Positions 18,006 through 28,952 of a stretch of 64,000 nt of DNA are shown here, piece by piece (positions within the stretch are counted from its first letter, which is position 1; every line of letters starts with the position of its first letter). This DNA is from an uncultured delta proteobacterium (GTDB lineage: Bacteria; Desulfobacterota; GWC2-55-46), in contig CAVSHY010000017.1 of assembly GCA_963727865.1 (NCBI GenBank), positions 109-64,108 on the forward strand, written 5' to 3'. The notes under the pieces were generated by a model. The model was not told where the DNA came from, made no database searches, and worked only from the letters and a program-made list of their open reading frames with translations. Position numbers and translations under genes: made by a program.

Positions 18006-18140
18006 TCAGCGGACGTTCCAGACCTCTACAAGCCATTTCAGGTGCGCGAACCACGCTATCATGAATGTCGCCAGGAATATTAAAGCCAGGACAAATACGC
18101 CGGGGGCTTCCATATGTTCGCCGTGCTTTTCGTCTGACAT
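18006..18140 (-). CDS. Small single-TM subunit (ba3 subunit IIa-like), 44 aa; absent from the ORF track
   Basis: GGAGGCAAAG precedes the ATG. Translation is MSDEKHGEHMEAPGVFVLALIFLATFMIAWFAHLKWLVEVWNVR, with one hydrophobic helix. It lies between the subunit II and subunit I genes, the position occupied by the third small subunit in ba3-type operons. Confidence 0.55.
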   Translation of the reverse strand: MSDEKHGEHMEAPGVFVLALIFLATFMIAWFAHLKWLVEVWNVR

Positions 18141-18170
18141 CTTTGCCTCCTTTTAAATTAACCCTGCCGC

Positions 18171-18698
18171 TTATTCTTTTACGTACAATTTCCCCGCCAT
18201 CGTATGATGGCCGAAGCCGCAGAACTCGTTGCAGATGATATGAAACTCGCCGGAGGTCGTCGGAGTAAGGGTAAGCACGTTGTCATATCCGGGGAAGACC
18301 ATGAAGTTCATATCAATGGGCTGGAGCGAAAAGCCGTGGTTGAGGTCCATGGATGATATATGGAACTTATAGGTCTTACCCTTCTCGAGTTCGAGTATCG
18401 GATACCATTCCCACATCTTGGCCCTCAGGAAAACGGGCTCGTTCGCCGGCGGGTGAACTATCGGCATGCCCTGTTCCTCGCCGACCTTGTATTTCGACAC
18501 CATGTTCTCGGTAAGCTTGTCGTAGTCTTCAGGGGTGATCGTATATGTCTCATTGGGCGGGTTATGCGCGCCGATCACTTTGTATACGGGCATGAAGAAA
18601 AAAGTAAAGAGCGCCCATATAAGCGCCACGGTTACCCACAACCTCTCATCCTTGCTGAGAGGCTTCCACCAGATTCTTTCAGGCTCATGTATTGCCAT
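18171..18698 (-). CDS. Heme-copper oxidase subunit II with a CuA cupredoxin domain (ba3-type)
   Basis: One N-terminal TM helix. CuA ligands are present: DLNHGF ... ICNEFCGFGHHTM (CxExCGxxHxxM). The C-terminus resembles ba3 CbaB (EYRIICNQYCGLGHQNM). ATG 18698 is preceded by AAGGAGGA. Confidence 0.9.
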   Translation of the reverse strand: MAIHEPERIWWKPLSKDERLWVTVALIWALFTFFFMPVYKVIGAHNPPNETYTITPEDYDKLTENMVSKYKVGEEQGMPIVHPPANEPVFLRAKMWEWYPILELEKGKTYKFHISSMDLNHGFSLQPIDMNFMVFPGYDNVLTLTPTTSGEFHIICNEFCGFGHHTMAGKLYVKE

Positions 18699-18711
18699 TC
18701 TCAAATCCTCC

Positions 18712-18879
18712 TTATTGAGCTATATAGAGCGCGGGCGGCGTTAAATAAAATATGTCTATAAGCCCCCATACCGTAAAGATCACGGTCGGTATAATAAGGC
18801 CCAGGACCAACCATAAATACATATTGTCATAAATGGCCTGGTTCCCCGGGTAAGGCCCTTCTTTCCTGTCCGCATGCAT
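18712..18879 (-). CDS. Small membrane protein (55 aa), first gene of the oxidase operon
   Basis: GGGAGGAG lies 6 nt upstream of ATG 18879. Translation is MHADRKEGPYPGNQAIYDNMYLWLVLGLIIPTVIFTVWGLIDIFYLTPPALYIAQ, with one TM helix. It ends 8 nt before the subunit II ORF. Confidence 0.5.
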   Translation of the reverse strand: MHADRKEGPYPGNQAIYDNMYLWLVLGLIIPTVIFTVWGLIDIFYLTPPALYIAQ

Positions 18880-19280
18880 AGGCGCTCCTCCCTTCAGATT
18901 TATTATTACGGTTTTTAAAAATCGTACCAATAGAATATTAACAATAGCGTATACCGTAAATGACTTTTGTCAACCTTTTAAAAATAGACGGTGTTTTTTT
19001 AAAATTAAAAATTAAGCTGAATCGGAGATGTGTTACCCGGATATTTCCCTTTAAATGGCCGGTTAAACCTGCCGGGTTTTTAGCGTCGGGAGACAGCCAA
19101 GGTTCCTTCGATTTAGAACGCAAAGCGGGCGCCGGGCGAATTGGACTTGCGTACACTTTAGTATGAAGGAGAAAAACATGTAAAATCAACCTAATTAGAA
19201 TTTTTTTCAATTTTACATCAACTTTTTAAGGCTGTCAAATCAGGGGGTAGAGATTACGCGATAAAAACAAAAAAAGAACA

Positions 19281-19303
19281 GGCAGGCCCTTTAGCGGCCT
19301 GCC
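19281..19303 (-). terminator. Rho-independent terminator after the porin (pseudo)gene
   Basis: Stem GGCAGGCC/GGCCTGCC with a 7-nt loop. On the minus strand it is followed by a long T-rich run (TGTTCTTTTTTTGTTTTT). Confidence 0.7.
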
Positions 19304-19343
19304 ATGCTAAGTGTTGCGTTCTACATCAGCTTCTAAGTTATCC

Positions 19344-20791
19344 TTAGAAGTTCGCCGTAAGCTGAAGATACGCCCAGTCCTGAGCAGTATTTGACGCGCC
19401 TACGTTGTCCTTTATCCATGTACCGGGGATAAAGTGGCCGTAGCCTACCTCGGCTGTTACCGCGTTATTGTACTTGTAGGTTCCCACGAGGTCAATTTCG
19501 TTCCCGAGGGTCTTGTTTGTGCTGGCGACGGTTCCGGCAGGAGCGATGGCAGTGGCTCGCTCCATTAGCGATACCCGCGCTATTCCATTTTCCGGCCTGG
19601 TACCACGCGTCTTCCTTCTGCGCGAGGTTGAAGTTCCACCACGCGGCATAGAGCCTGACCTTATCCATCGGTTCCGCGCTCACGTTCAGGTTGAAGGCGC
19701 TGATGTTCCTCCACGCTACGAGGTCCATGAGGCCGAGCTTGTCGTGGTTCGTCGGGAAGAGGTTGGAGAAGGTCTTATTATCGACGTGTCGGTGCTGTTT
19801 GTGCCTGTGGCGTAGTCATACTCGACGCCCACGTTGACCTTGTTCGGTATCGGGAGCGTGTAGTTTGCCTTTGCCGCGACGGCGTAAGCGTTTAACTTGT
19901 CGTTCGCGCCTATTGCGGTTGCGTTGGTTGAGGGGTGGTTGCTTCCGGTCTGGAAGGGCACTTCAACGCCGTAATCAAACCCCATGTAAGAGCCCGCGAG
20001 CCTTGCGCCGAAAGTATTAAGTGTTGCGCCCTTTGTAGGCAGAGTCGCGAGGGCGGTAGTGCCGCCAAAAGGATTGGAGGTGCAGAAGCTTGAAGGAGTA
20101 ATAACACCGGCTGTAGTGCAGCCGACGTTTCCGTCCCTGACGAGCAACGCGTAGACATCGAGGGTATTGTTCGGGATCGCCTTTATAGTGGCGTATACGA
20201 CCCCAGAAGTCAACGTCATTGCCTGAAACGGTAGTGGCAGTCGGCGTCGCGCTGGTCGCCATGTTTCTTTCGGTCAGCTTTGACCACCATGCGTCTACAT
20301 TGAACATGTCAGAGGCGTAGACGAACTTCAAGGCGTCGAACGCCCTTCCCTGGTTGGACCAGCCAAACGAGCCCACGAGCCTCTGGTCGCCGTAGACGAG
20401 TTCCTGCCGTCCGGCCTTTAACGCTACCGGCGCGCCGAGGAGGTTATCTATGTTCACGTATGCCTCGTGCACGTCAATAGCATTGGCTGATCGCCGTTGG
20501 TCAGGTGCAGGTCCCGCCAGCCGAAGCGAGCCCTTCCTGGCCCCATGTCCTTGAGTCCTGTAGTGTTATCTTCAGCGTTGTGTCGTCCGTAGCCTTTACG
20601 TTGGCCGTGAGCCTTGTCCTCTCGAGCCAGAAGTCCTGCGCGTCCTTGGTGTTCTTGTTAAAATGAAGGCTGTCCCTCCACTCGGTCCTCAGTCTTTCCT
20701 GTCCGCTGAATGTGACATCCGCCGCGTTTGAGGGTGCTGCCCACGCAACTGCGACAGCCGCCGCAAAAACCGACAATAAAATTCTCTTCAT
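19344..20791 (-). pseudogene. Outer-membrane beta-barrel porin (alginate-export/AlgE-like family) broken by at least five frame changes
   Basis: Four ORF-track fragments in three frames join into one protein. The pieces are the signal peptide MKRILLSVFAAAVAVAWAAPSNA, then HEAYVNIDNLLGAPVALKAGRQELVYGDQRLVGSFGWSNQGRAFDALKF, and the C-terminal barrel signature ...DWAYLQLTANF. Frame changes are near 20515, 20485, 20203 (a C4 run), 19788 and 19560. Confidence 0.7.
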
Positions 20792-21213
20792 CCTTTCTTC
20801 CTCCTTGTATTAGATAGTTAGTGATGCTCTTTTGATTAATGCGCCTCAAAAAACTGAAGCGCTTCCGTCTCATAGTGCGATACTCAGGAGCTACGAGCTG
20901 TTGATCTGCAAATCCATAAAAAATATGCTTTCACGAATTCCGCGGTACTCGTATCACTTCTACTCTACTTCTCTACTTCCGGGGCCTGCTTCTTTACCGC
21001 ACGGAGCTTTACTCCGGCTAAAGACAAAACGGTGCGGCTTTATTGCTGGTCCTTTTTCAGGCGTTTCTGTAAATTGGTATACTTATACACAACCTTGAAA
21101 GGGCTGTCAAGCTTTTTAGTATGTTTCCATAAAAAAAAATTGTGATGATTTTTATACTATCTGTGGCGATTTTTGAGAAAGAAATTTTTTCTCTTCATCC
21201 TAAAGCTTCTTAA

Positions 21214-22190
21214 TTAGATTACCCCGGCTTTTACGAGGTCATGCATGTGCACTACCCCGATGACCGCGCCGTTATCCCCGTCATATACGAATAGCGAAGT
21301 TATGGAGTGCTCCTCCATCATCCTTAAAGCCGCCTCCGCAAGCGACCCTTTCGGGATCAGCTTGGGGCTTCTATTCATAACATCCCTGACTCTTTTATTA
21401 AGGATGTTATCCCCCTCTGAAAGCGCCCTTCTCAGGTCCCCGTCGGTTATGACCCCGGCGAGCTTATGCTTTCCCTTTCCAATGAAGACCCCGGCGACGC
21501 CCAGCCGTTTCGCGGTAATCTCGACTATGACGTCTTTCATCGGCGTATCCGTGGACACCCTCGGAACAGCGTCCCCTGTGTGCATTAGGTCCTCGACCTT
21601 CATGAACCTTCTCCCGATGCTTCCGGCGGGGTGAAGCGCGGCGAAGTCCTCTACCCTGAACCCGCGCCTCTCGAGGAGGGCGATAGCCAGGGCGTCCCCC
21701 ATGGCGAGGCACGCCGTGGTGGATGCGGTGGAGAGAGCCCCAGGGGGCACGCCTCCTCTTTGACCCCGACGTCGAGGGTAACGTCGCTATTTTGCGCGAG
21801 GGTCGAGTCCTTTTTCCCGGTCATCGCTATCATCCTGATGCCAAGCCTCTTTACGACCTGGAGTATCTTTATAAGCTCCGCGGTCTCTCCTGAATTTGAG
21901 ACCGATAGAAGTATGTCGTTTTTCATGACCATCCCGAGGTCCCCGTGCACGCCTTCCGCCGGGTGGAGGAAAAAGGCGGAGGTGCCGGTGGAGGCGAAAG
22001 TGGACGCTATCTTCTGGCAGATTATCCCGCTTTTGCCCATCCCGCTCACGACGACCTTCCCCGTAGTTGAAAAAATCATCTCAACCGCTTTTGAAAAATT
22101 CCCGTCTAACCTGTCAATGAGCGATTTTACCGCCCGGGATTCTATCTCAAGGACCCGCTTCGCGGTAACTATGGCAGTATCTTGCTTCAT
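21214..22190 (-). CDS. kdsD: Arabinose-5-phosphate isomerase KdsD (SIS + 2 CBS), interrupted by one frameshift in this sequence
   Basis: The N-terminal ORF has the SIS domain (GMGKSGIICQKIASTFASTG). The C-terminal ORF continues with STASTTACLAMGDALAIALLERRGF plus tandem CBS domains. The junction is at the G5/C5 run 21743-21747. Adding one base restores ...EEACPxGALSTASTTA. Confidence 0.85.
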
Positions 22191-22311
22191 TTTTCCACTC
22201 AGGTGTATGATTTATGTCACAGTGCCGCGCACGGTTGTTAGCCGACCTTTCCGGCAGGGCGGACTTTGACGCCCCATGCAACGCTAAACAATCAGCCGTG
22301 CGCAGCACTAA

Positions 22312-23133
22312 TCAGATACTTTTATTGATAATCCCGTTGATATCCACAAGCTCCCTCACTATATCCTTTACGTCCTTGAGCCTTATGGAGTTAGGGCCGT
22401 CGCAGAGGGCCTTGTCGGGGTCCGGGTGCACCTCCATGAAAACCCCGTCCACCCCCACGGCCGCGGCGGCCCTTGCCAGATGCCTGGCCATTATTCTGTC
22501 CCCGCCTGAAGAAGTTCCCCTGCCTCCCGGGGACTGGACGCTATGCGTGGCGTCAAAGACAACCGGGAAGCCCATTCCCCTCATCAAAGGGATGGAACGG
22601 AAATCGACCGCGAGGTTATTGTACCCGAAGCTTACGCCCCGCTCGGTTATTATAACCTTCTCGTTCCCCGCGCTTAAAACCTTCTGAACGGACTGTTTGA
22701 TATCCCACGGGGCCATGAACTGCCCCTTCTTTATGTTGACTATGCGTTTGGTCTCAGCCGCTTCTGTTATAAGGTCGGTCTGGCGGCTCAGGTACGCGGG
22801 GATCTGTATTATGTCGGCTACCTCGGAGACCTCTTTTACCTCAAACCTGCAGTGAACGTCGGTCAGTATGGGGACTTTAAAACGTTTTTTTGCCTTATCT
22901 AATATTTTTAGGCCTTTTTTGATCCCCGGCCCCCTGTAAGAATCAACGGAGGTCCTGTTTGCCTTGTCGTAAGAGGACTTGAAGACGAAAGGCACTCCGA
23001 GGGCATCCGTTATCTTTAAAAGTTCTTCGAGGGTCTTAAGGGTGAGTGTTTCGTTCTCAATGACGCACGGCCCCATTATAAAAAAAAGCCCGCCGCCGCC
23101 TATAAAAAAGTCGTTAACCTTTATCTGCCTCAT
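22312..23133 (-). CDS. kdsA: 2-dehydro-3-deoxyphosphooctonate aldolase (KDO-8-phosphate synthase)
   Basis: 273 aa. KdsA-like throughout, including VVFDATHSVQSPGGRGTSSGG. It lies among the other Kdo genes. Confidence 0.93.
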   Translation of the reverse strand: MRQIKVNDFFIGGGGLFFIMGPCVIENETLTLKTLEELLKITDALGVPFVFKSSYDKANRTSVDSYRGPGIKKGLKILDKAKKRFKVPILTDVHCRFEVKEVSEVADIIQIPAYLSRQTDLITEAAETKRIVNIKKGQFMAPWDIKQSVQKVLSAGNEKVIITERGVSFGYNNLAVDFRSIPLMRGMGFPVVFDATHSVQSPGGRGTSSGGDRIMARHLARAAAAVGVDGVFMEVHPDPDKALCDGPNSIRLKDVKDIVRELVDINGIINKSI

Positions 23134-23160
23134 TTTAACCGTGGTTACTTCAGCTATGGT

Positions 23161-24835
<1,675 letters not shown>

Positions 24836-24968
24836 CTAAGAACCGCGTGTTTTTAGCTCTTTGTAAGTCTTTTTATAACTCCCGGCAATCATTAATAAGG
24901 GCAATCCTTAGTTAGAATTGGCCGCTCATATAAATATAACCCGAAACTCTTCGTTTTTAAATGATTTT

Positions 24969-25712
24969 TTAGGTTGTTCCCGCCGCCTTCATCATCAATC
25001 TGACCCTTTCAAGGTCCTCCGGCGTATCGACCGAGACAGGGTTATAGGACGTCTCAACCACTTTAACCCTGAAGCCGTTCTCGATCGCCCGCAGCTGTTC
25101 GAGGTTTTCGGCCTGTTCCAGAGGGGTGGGTTTAAGTCTTGAAAACTTAATAAGGAAATCCTTCCTGAACACATAGAGACCCACATGCTTGTAAGGAAGG
25201 AAGCCGGTATTTTTAAAAAGCAGCTTGCCGTAAGGTATAGGGCTTCTTGAAAAGTAAAGCGCGTATCCGTCCTTATCAGTAACAACCTTCACGGCATTCG
25301 GGTCGCGGTACTCCTCTTCTCCGGTTATCCTTGTTTTAAGCGTGCACAAAAGAAGCTGAGGGTCGTCGAGAAGCGGTTTTATGGCCTCATCTATCATCCG
25401 CGGCTCTATAAGAGGCTCATCCCCCTGGAGATTTACCACTATATCCGCCGTCACTTCACTTACGGCCTCGGCGACCCTGTCGGTTCCCGACCTGTGGTCC
25501 TTCCCTGTCATTACCGCTTTGCCGCCGAAGGATTTAACGGCTTTCATAATCCTTTCGTCATCCGTCGCGACCGTCACTTCGCTTATGAGGCGGGACGCCT
25601 TCGCCCGTTCATAGACCCACTGGACCATCGGCTTTCCGCCGATACTCGCCAGCGGCTTTCCGTTGAGGCGGGTCGAGCCGAACCTGGCGGGGATAAATGC
25701 CACGACGTTCAT
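24969..25712 (-). CDS. kdsB: 3-deoxy-manno-octulosonate cytidylyltransferase (CMP-Kdo synthetase)
   Basis: MNVVAFIPARFGSTRLNGKPL and VNLQGDEPLI motifs. The start is moved to ATG 25712. The 14 upstream codons in the ORF track look like read-through. Confidence 0.92.
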   Translation of the reverse strand: MNVVAFIPARFGSTRLNGKPLASIGGKPMVQWVYERAKASRLISEVTVATDDERIMKAVKSFGGKAVMTGKDHRSGTDRVAEAVSEVTADIVVNLQGDEPLIEPRMIDEAIKPLLDDPQLLLCTLKTRITGEEEYRDPNAVKVVTDKDGYALYFSRSPIPYGKLLFKNTGFLPYKHVGLYVFRKDFLIKFSRLKPTPLEQAENLEQLRAIENGFRVKVVETSYNPVSVDTPEDLERVRLMMKAAGTT

Positions 25713-25841
25713 CCACGTCAATATATCAAATCCAACCTTTATGTCAATAGTCAATAGTTGCGCAAAGGCGCGGGAAAAAGGAAGAGCCGCGGGCTCTTTG
25801 TCATTGACAGGTATGGGAGCCTGTGCTAACTTTTTTTACCG

Positions 25842-25929
25842 GCCGGAGTGGTGAAACTGGTAGACGCGCGGGACTCAAAATCCCGTGGGGTATCCCCCCG
25901 TGCGGGTTCGACTCCCGCCTCCGGCACCA
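25842..25929 (+). tRNA. tRNA-Leu (anticodon CAA), long variable arm, CCA encoded
   Basis: GCCGGAGTGGTGAAACTGGTAGACGCGCGGGACTCAAAATCCCGTGGGGTATCCCCCCGTGCGGGTTCGACTCCCGCCTCCGGCACCA. The anticodon loop is CTCAAAA. Confidence 0.93.
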
Positions 25930-26003
25930 AAAATTTCAATCTTCTTTAATCTAACGGCGTTAATCATCTTTTTCAGTAAACCGGTGTTTTCATATCAGAA
26001 GCC

Positions 26004-27059
26004 ATGCCCCTCAAAAGGATTCTTATAGTAACAAACCTGCGGATAATCCGCTCTCTGCAAAAGGCCTTCAGCAAGTACAATGTCGAGGCATATGATTTTA
26101 ATCCTGACATCAACCACTGGTTCGACCGCTACTTAATACACAACATCAATAAAACAGCCCACAATTTCCGTATCCTGCCAAAAAACAGGGTCTTTTTTAA
26201 TAATCACCCGCTCTCTCATCTGCATTTCAGGAGCCGGATGCTTCTCGGAGAAGTGGAACAGGTTAAACCCGACCTTGTCCTCATAATCAGGGGCATACGG
26301 ATTACAGAGGATATTATGCGGGAAATAAAAAAGAGGGCAGCCCTTTTCGGCTGGTGGGTTGAAGGCGAGGACAGGGTAGAAGAGCCTCTGAAAGAAATCG
26401 GTCTTTTTGACCATTATTTTTTCATCAGTTCATCCTGCGTAGACGAGAGCAGAAAAAGAGGTTTCCACAAAACCAGCCTCCTTCGACATTCCGTGGATCC
26501 CGATATCTTTCACCCCATGGAATGCGCAAAACGGTACGACTGGAGCTTTGTCGGGAACTGGTCTTCGAAGCGGCAGAAGTTCATTGAAAGAGCCCTTGCG
26601 GTTTCAGGCAGCGGCGCCGTTTACGGCCCAAGATGGCTTAAGAAAAATCTTTTTAAGCCATCCGTGCTTAAGACCATAAAAGGCAAATACATAAAAGGCG
26701 ATAAGCTTATAAGGCTTTACAGTGAAACCAGGGTCGTTCTTAACATTTCGCAGTGGAATATGGCCGAAGGAAAAAAACAGACAGGCGAGAACATGAGAAT
26801 TTTAGAGGTTCCGGCCTGTAAGGCCGCGCTCCTTACAGAAGATTCGGAGGCATTGAGTGCGATAGTAACTCCCCAAAAGCATGTAGCCGCGTTTGACGGC
26901 CTTGATGACTTCGAGAGAAAACTCGCTTATTACATCGAACATGAAAATGAGGCGTTAAAGATCGCTAAAGAGGGGTTTAATTACGTAAAATCAAAATATT
27001 CTTACGAGGACGTGGCCAAAACCCTGATCGAACGGTATAACGCACTCGGCCGGGCATAA
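26004..27059 (+). CDS. CgeB-like glycosyltransferase (GT1-type C-terminal domain), paralogue 1
   Basis: 351 aa. DWSFVGNWSSKRQKFIE...YGPRW...VVLNISQ...NMRILEVPACKAALLTEDSE...FDGLDDFERKLAYYIEHENEALKIAKEGF is the pattern of CgeB / Glyco_trans_1_2-type proteins. Confidence 0.65.
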   Translation: MPLKRILIVTNLRIIRSLQKAFSKYNVEAYDFNPDINHWFDRYLIHNINKTAHNFRILPKNRVFFNNHPLSHLHFRSRMLLGEVEQVKPDLVLIIRGIRITEDIMREIKKRAALFGWWVEGEDRVEEPLKEIGLFDHYFFISSSCVDESRKRGFHKTSLLRHSVDPDIFHPMECAKRYDWSFVGNWSSKRQKFIERALAVSGSGAVYGPRWLKKNLFKPSVLKTIKGKYIKGDKLIRLYSETRVVLNISQWNMAEGKKQTGENMRILEVPACKAALLTEDSEALSAIVTPQKHVAAFDGLDDFERKLAYYIEHENEALKIAKEGFNYVKSKYSYEDVAKTLIERYNALGRA

Positions 27060-27474
27060 AATTTTTTCGGAATATTATCGAAATAGAAAAGTAACTTACC
27101 CTTAAATCAGACCGTATCGTATCCCGGGTGTCCTTTCTAATTTGCCATCTGAAAATCGGCGGGTTTTATGTTAAAATCTAAATCTAAAAAACAATTGCCG
27201 GGGGTCACAAAGGTCCCGTGGACGCGCATCGCCGCTTCATCTTGAAGCGCACTATTCACCGCGGAATCAAAATTCTCCGCCATAAATGGCTGAGAATTTT
27301 GATGGTACGGATAATCATTTATATTTGCCAGCCTTGACCCGCCGCCAAAGCGACGGGATTGCGGCTGGCATACCCATTCACTTTTCTTTATATTTATAAT
27401 GAAAGCCCCGGGTTCCAAAAACCTTTAAATCGTCCGTGGCCTGGAATCAGCGTCAGGTCGCCGCTTTTTTAGAT

Positions 27475-28536
27475 ATGTCAAATAATCGGATACTGATCAG
27501 CTATTTTTTTGGCGATGACATGATTCCGCTCGGCGCGTCCTGCGCCAGAGCCCTTCGTGATTTTGGCTATGATGTTTATTGCTTTAACAGCCAGGTCGAA
27601 AGCAGGTTGGAGCGAACGCTCCTCAGGCCGATCATAAGGCCCGTAAACAAACTCAAAGGGGCTCTCGGTTACAAAGGCGCAGATATTGGAAACCGTCTTC
27701 CTGTCTCGCAGATCAATTACAGAAAAAGCATGATAAAAAAGGCCGTATCTGAATTCAAGCCGAAATGGGTCTTTGTGATCCGGTCTCACCAGTTTGTGGA
27801 CGAAGAACTGGTAAGCGATCTGAAACAGAAATACGGCGTCGAGAAGGTAATCGGGTGGTGTGTCGACGGGCCTATGGATTTTCACGGTTTATTGGAAGAC
27901 TCCGCCATTTATGACTATTACTTCTGCACGCATAAATACGGCTACGACCCTCACGCGGATAAAATCCATTACCTGCCCGCCTACGGTATGGACTTTTCCC
28001 TGTATCGCAACTTCTACGTCGAAACACAAAGAAAATATGAACATGAAATAGTGTTCGTCGGAGGTTACAACCCCCGTCGCCAGGAAATCATCAACCGCCT
28101 GCTTCATTTGCCTGTGGAGATTTACGGCAAATGGACAAGAAAAAATCGTTTTAATTTTGCGCTCAGGAGACACATCAGAGCGAAAGGAATATGGGGAGAA
28201 AGGCTGGTCAGTCTTTACAATTCGTCGAAAATTGTGCTTAACATTTCCGGTTGGGACCCTTCGCAGTATTCCGGGCTAAATCTAAGGGTTTTCGATGTGC
28301 CGGCAACGGGGGCCTTTCTGTTAACTGATTATTCACCTGAACTGGCCGAGTACTATAGGATTGGGGAGGAAATTGCCTGTTTCAACAGTGTCGAGGACCT
28401 GACTGATAAACTAATTTACTTTTTGCACGACGAGAGAAAGCGCGAAACGATAGCGCTAAAAGGATATCAAAGGGCGCTGACGCTCCCGACTATCGGCGAC
28501 CGGATGAAATCGCTGATCAACATCGTCACTCATTAG
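27475..28536 (+). CDS. CgeB-like glycosyltransferase, paralogue 2
   Basis: Same pattern: EIVFVGGYNPRRQEIINRL...IYGKW...IVLNISG...NLRVFDVPATGAFLLTDYSPEL...FNSVEDLTDKLIYFLHDERKRETIALKGY. ATG 27475 (MSNNRILISYF) aligns with the MPLKRILIVTN start of paralogue 1. Confidence 0.65.
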   Translation: MSNNRILISYFFGDDMIPLGASCARALRDFGYDVYCFNSQVESRLERTLLRPIIRPVNKLKGALGYKGADIGNRLPVSQINYRKSMIKKAVSEFKPKWVFVIRSHQFVDEELVSDLKQKYGVEKVIGWCVDGPMDFHGLLEDSAIYDYYFCTHKYGYDPHADKIHYLPAYGMDFSLYRNFYVETQRKYEHEIVFVGGYNPRRQEIINRLLHLPVEIYGKWTRKNRFNFALRRHIRAKGIWGERLVSLYNSSKIVLNISGWDPSQYSGLNLRVFDVPATGAFLLTDYSPELAEYYRIGEEIACFNSVEDLTDKLIYFLHDERKRETIALKGYQRALTLPTIGDRMKSLINIVTH

Positions 28537-28608
28537 GGGCGGTCTATCCGCTTCAATTCCAGGCTATCCCGGTATTTAAGCTCAAAGGTCTTTTTGCTTA
28601 AACCGGTG

Positions 28609-28637
28609 TTGACATAATTATTGAAAATGGATAAAGT
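28609..28637 (+). promoter_or_regulatory. Candidate sigma70-type promoter (TTGACA-N17-TAAAGT)
   Basis: A consensus -35 TTGACA at 28609-28614, a 17-nt spacer, and TAAAGT at 28632-28637. This would give a leader of about 310 nt before the GT2 gene. Confidence 0.4.
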
Positions 28638-28952
28638 ATTTTGATTTACAGCGAAATAATACGAAGGGCTTAAGGGTTTTGGCACTCTGAGTTCACGCGG
28701 TTAGTACAGAAGGAGTCCGGGTTATTGACAAAAGCGTTGGAACTTACCACACGCCATTTCATCAAAAGCCGTGTCTATCAAAGAAGAACCCCTGTATAAA
28801 TTTAATTATGGAGGCCCGGAGAAGCGGCATGTCCATATCCGTCGAGTTTCATATCGGCGCGTTACTCAGGGGTTCTTTCTTGAACGCGTAACATGCGGCC
28901 AAAAGTTTTAACTTTTGATATTTATCCCCCGGGACCGTAAAGGAGCTATTGA

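Noticed and set aside
18938-19210. 90-aa minus-strand ORF in the gap between the porin pseudogene and the oxidase operon. Also the 20832-21098 and 39640-39867 plus-strand ORFs.
   Set aside because: They have no RBS, odd composition and no motifs. They lie in AT-rich promoter or terminator regions. They are most likely non-coding.
27137-27418. 93-aa minus-strand ORF (TTG start) between the two CgeB-like genes.
   Set aside because: It might be real, since it fills a 376-nt gap. But it has a weak start and no RBS, no recognisable domain, and runs opposite to the flanking operon. The support is insufficient to report it as a feature.
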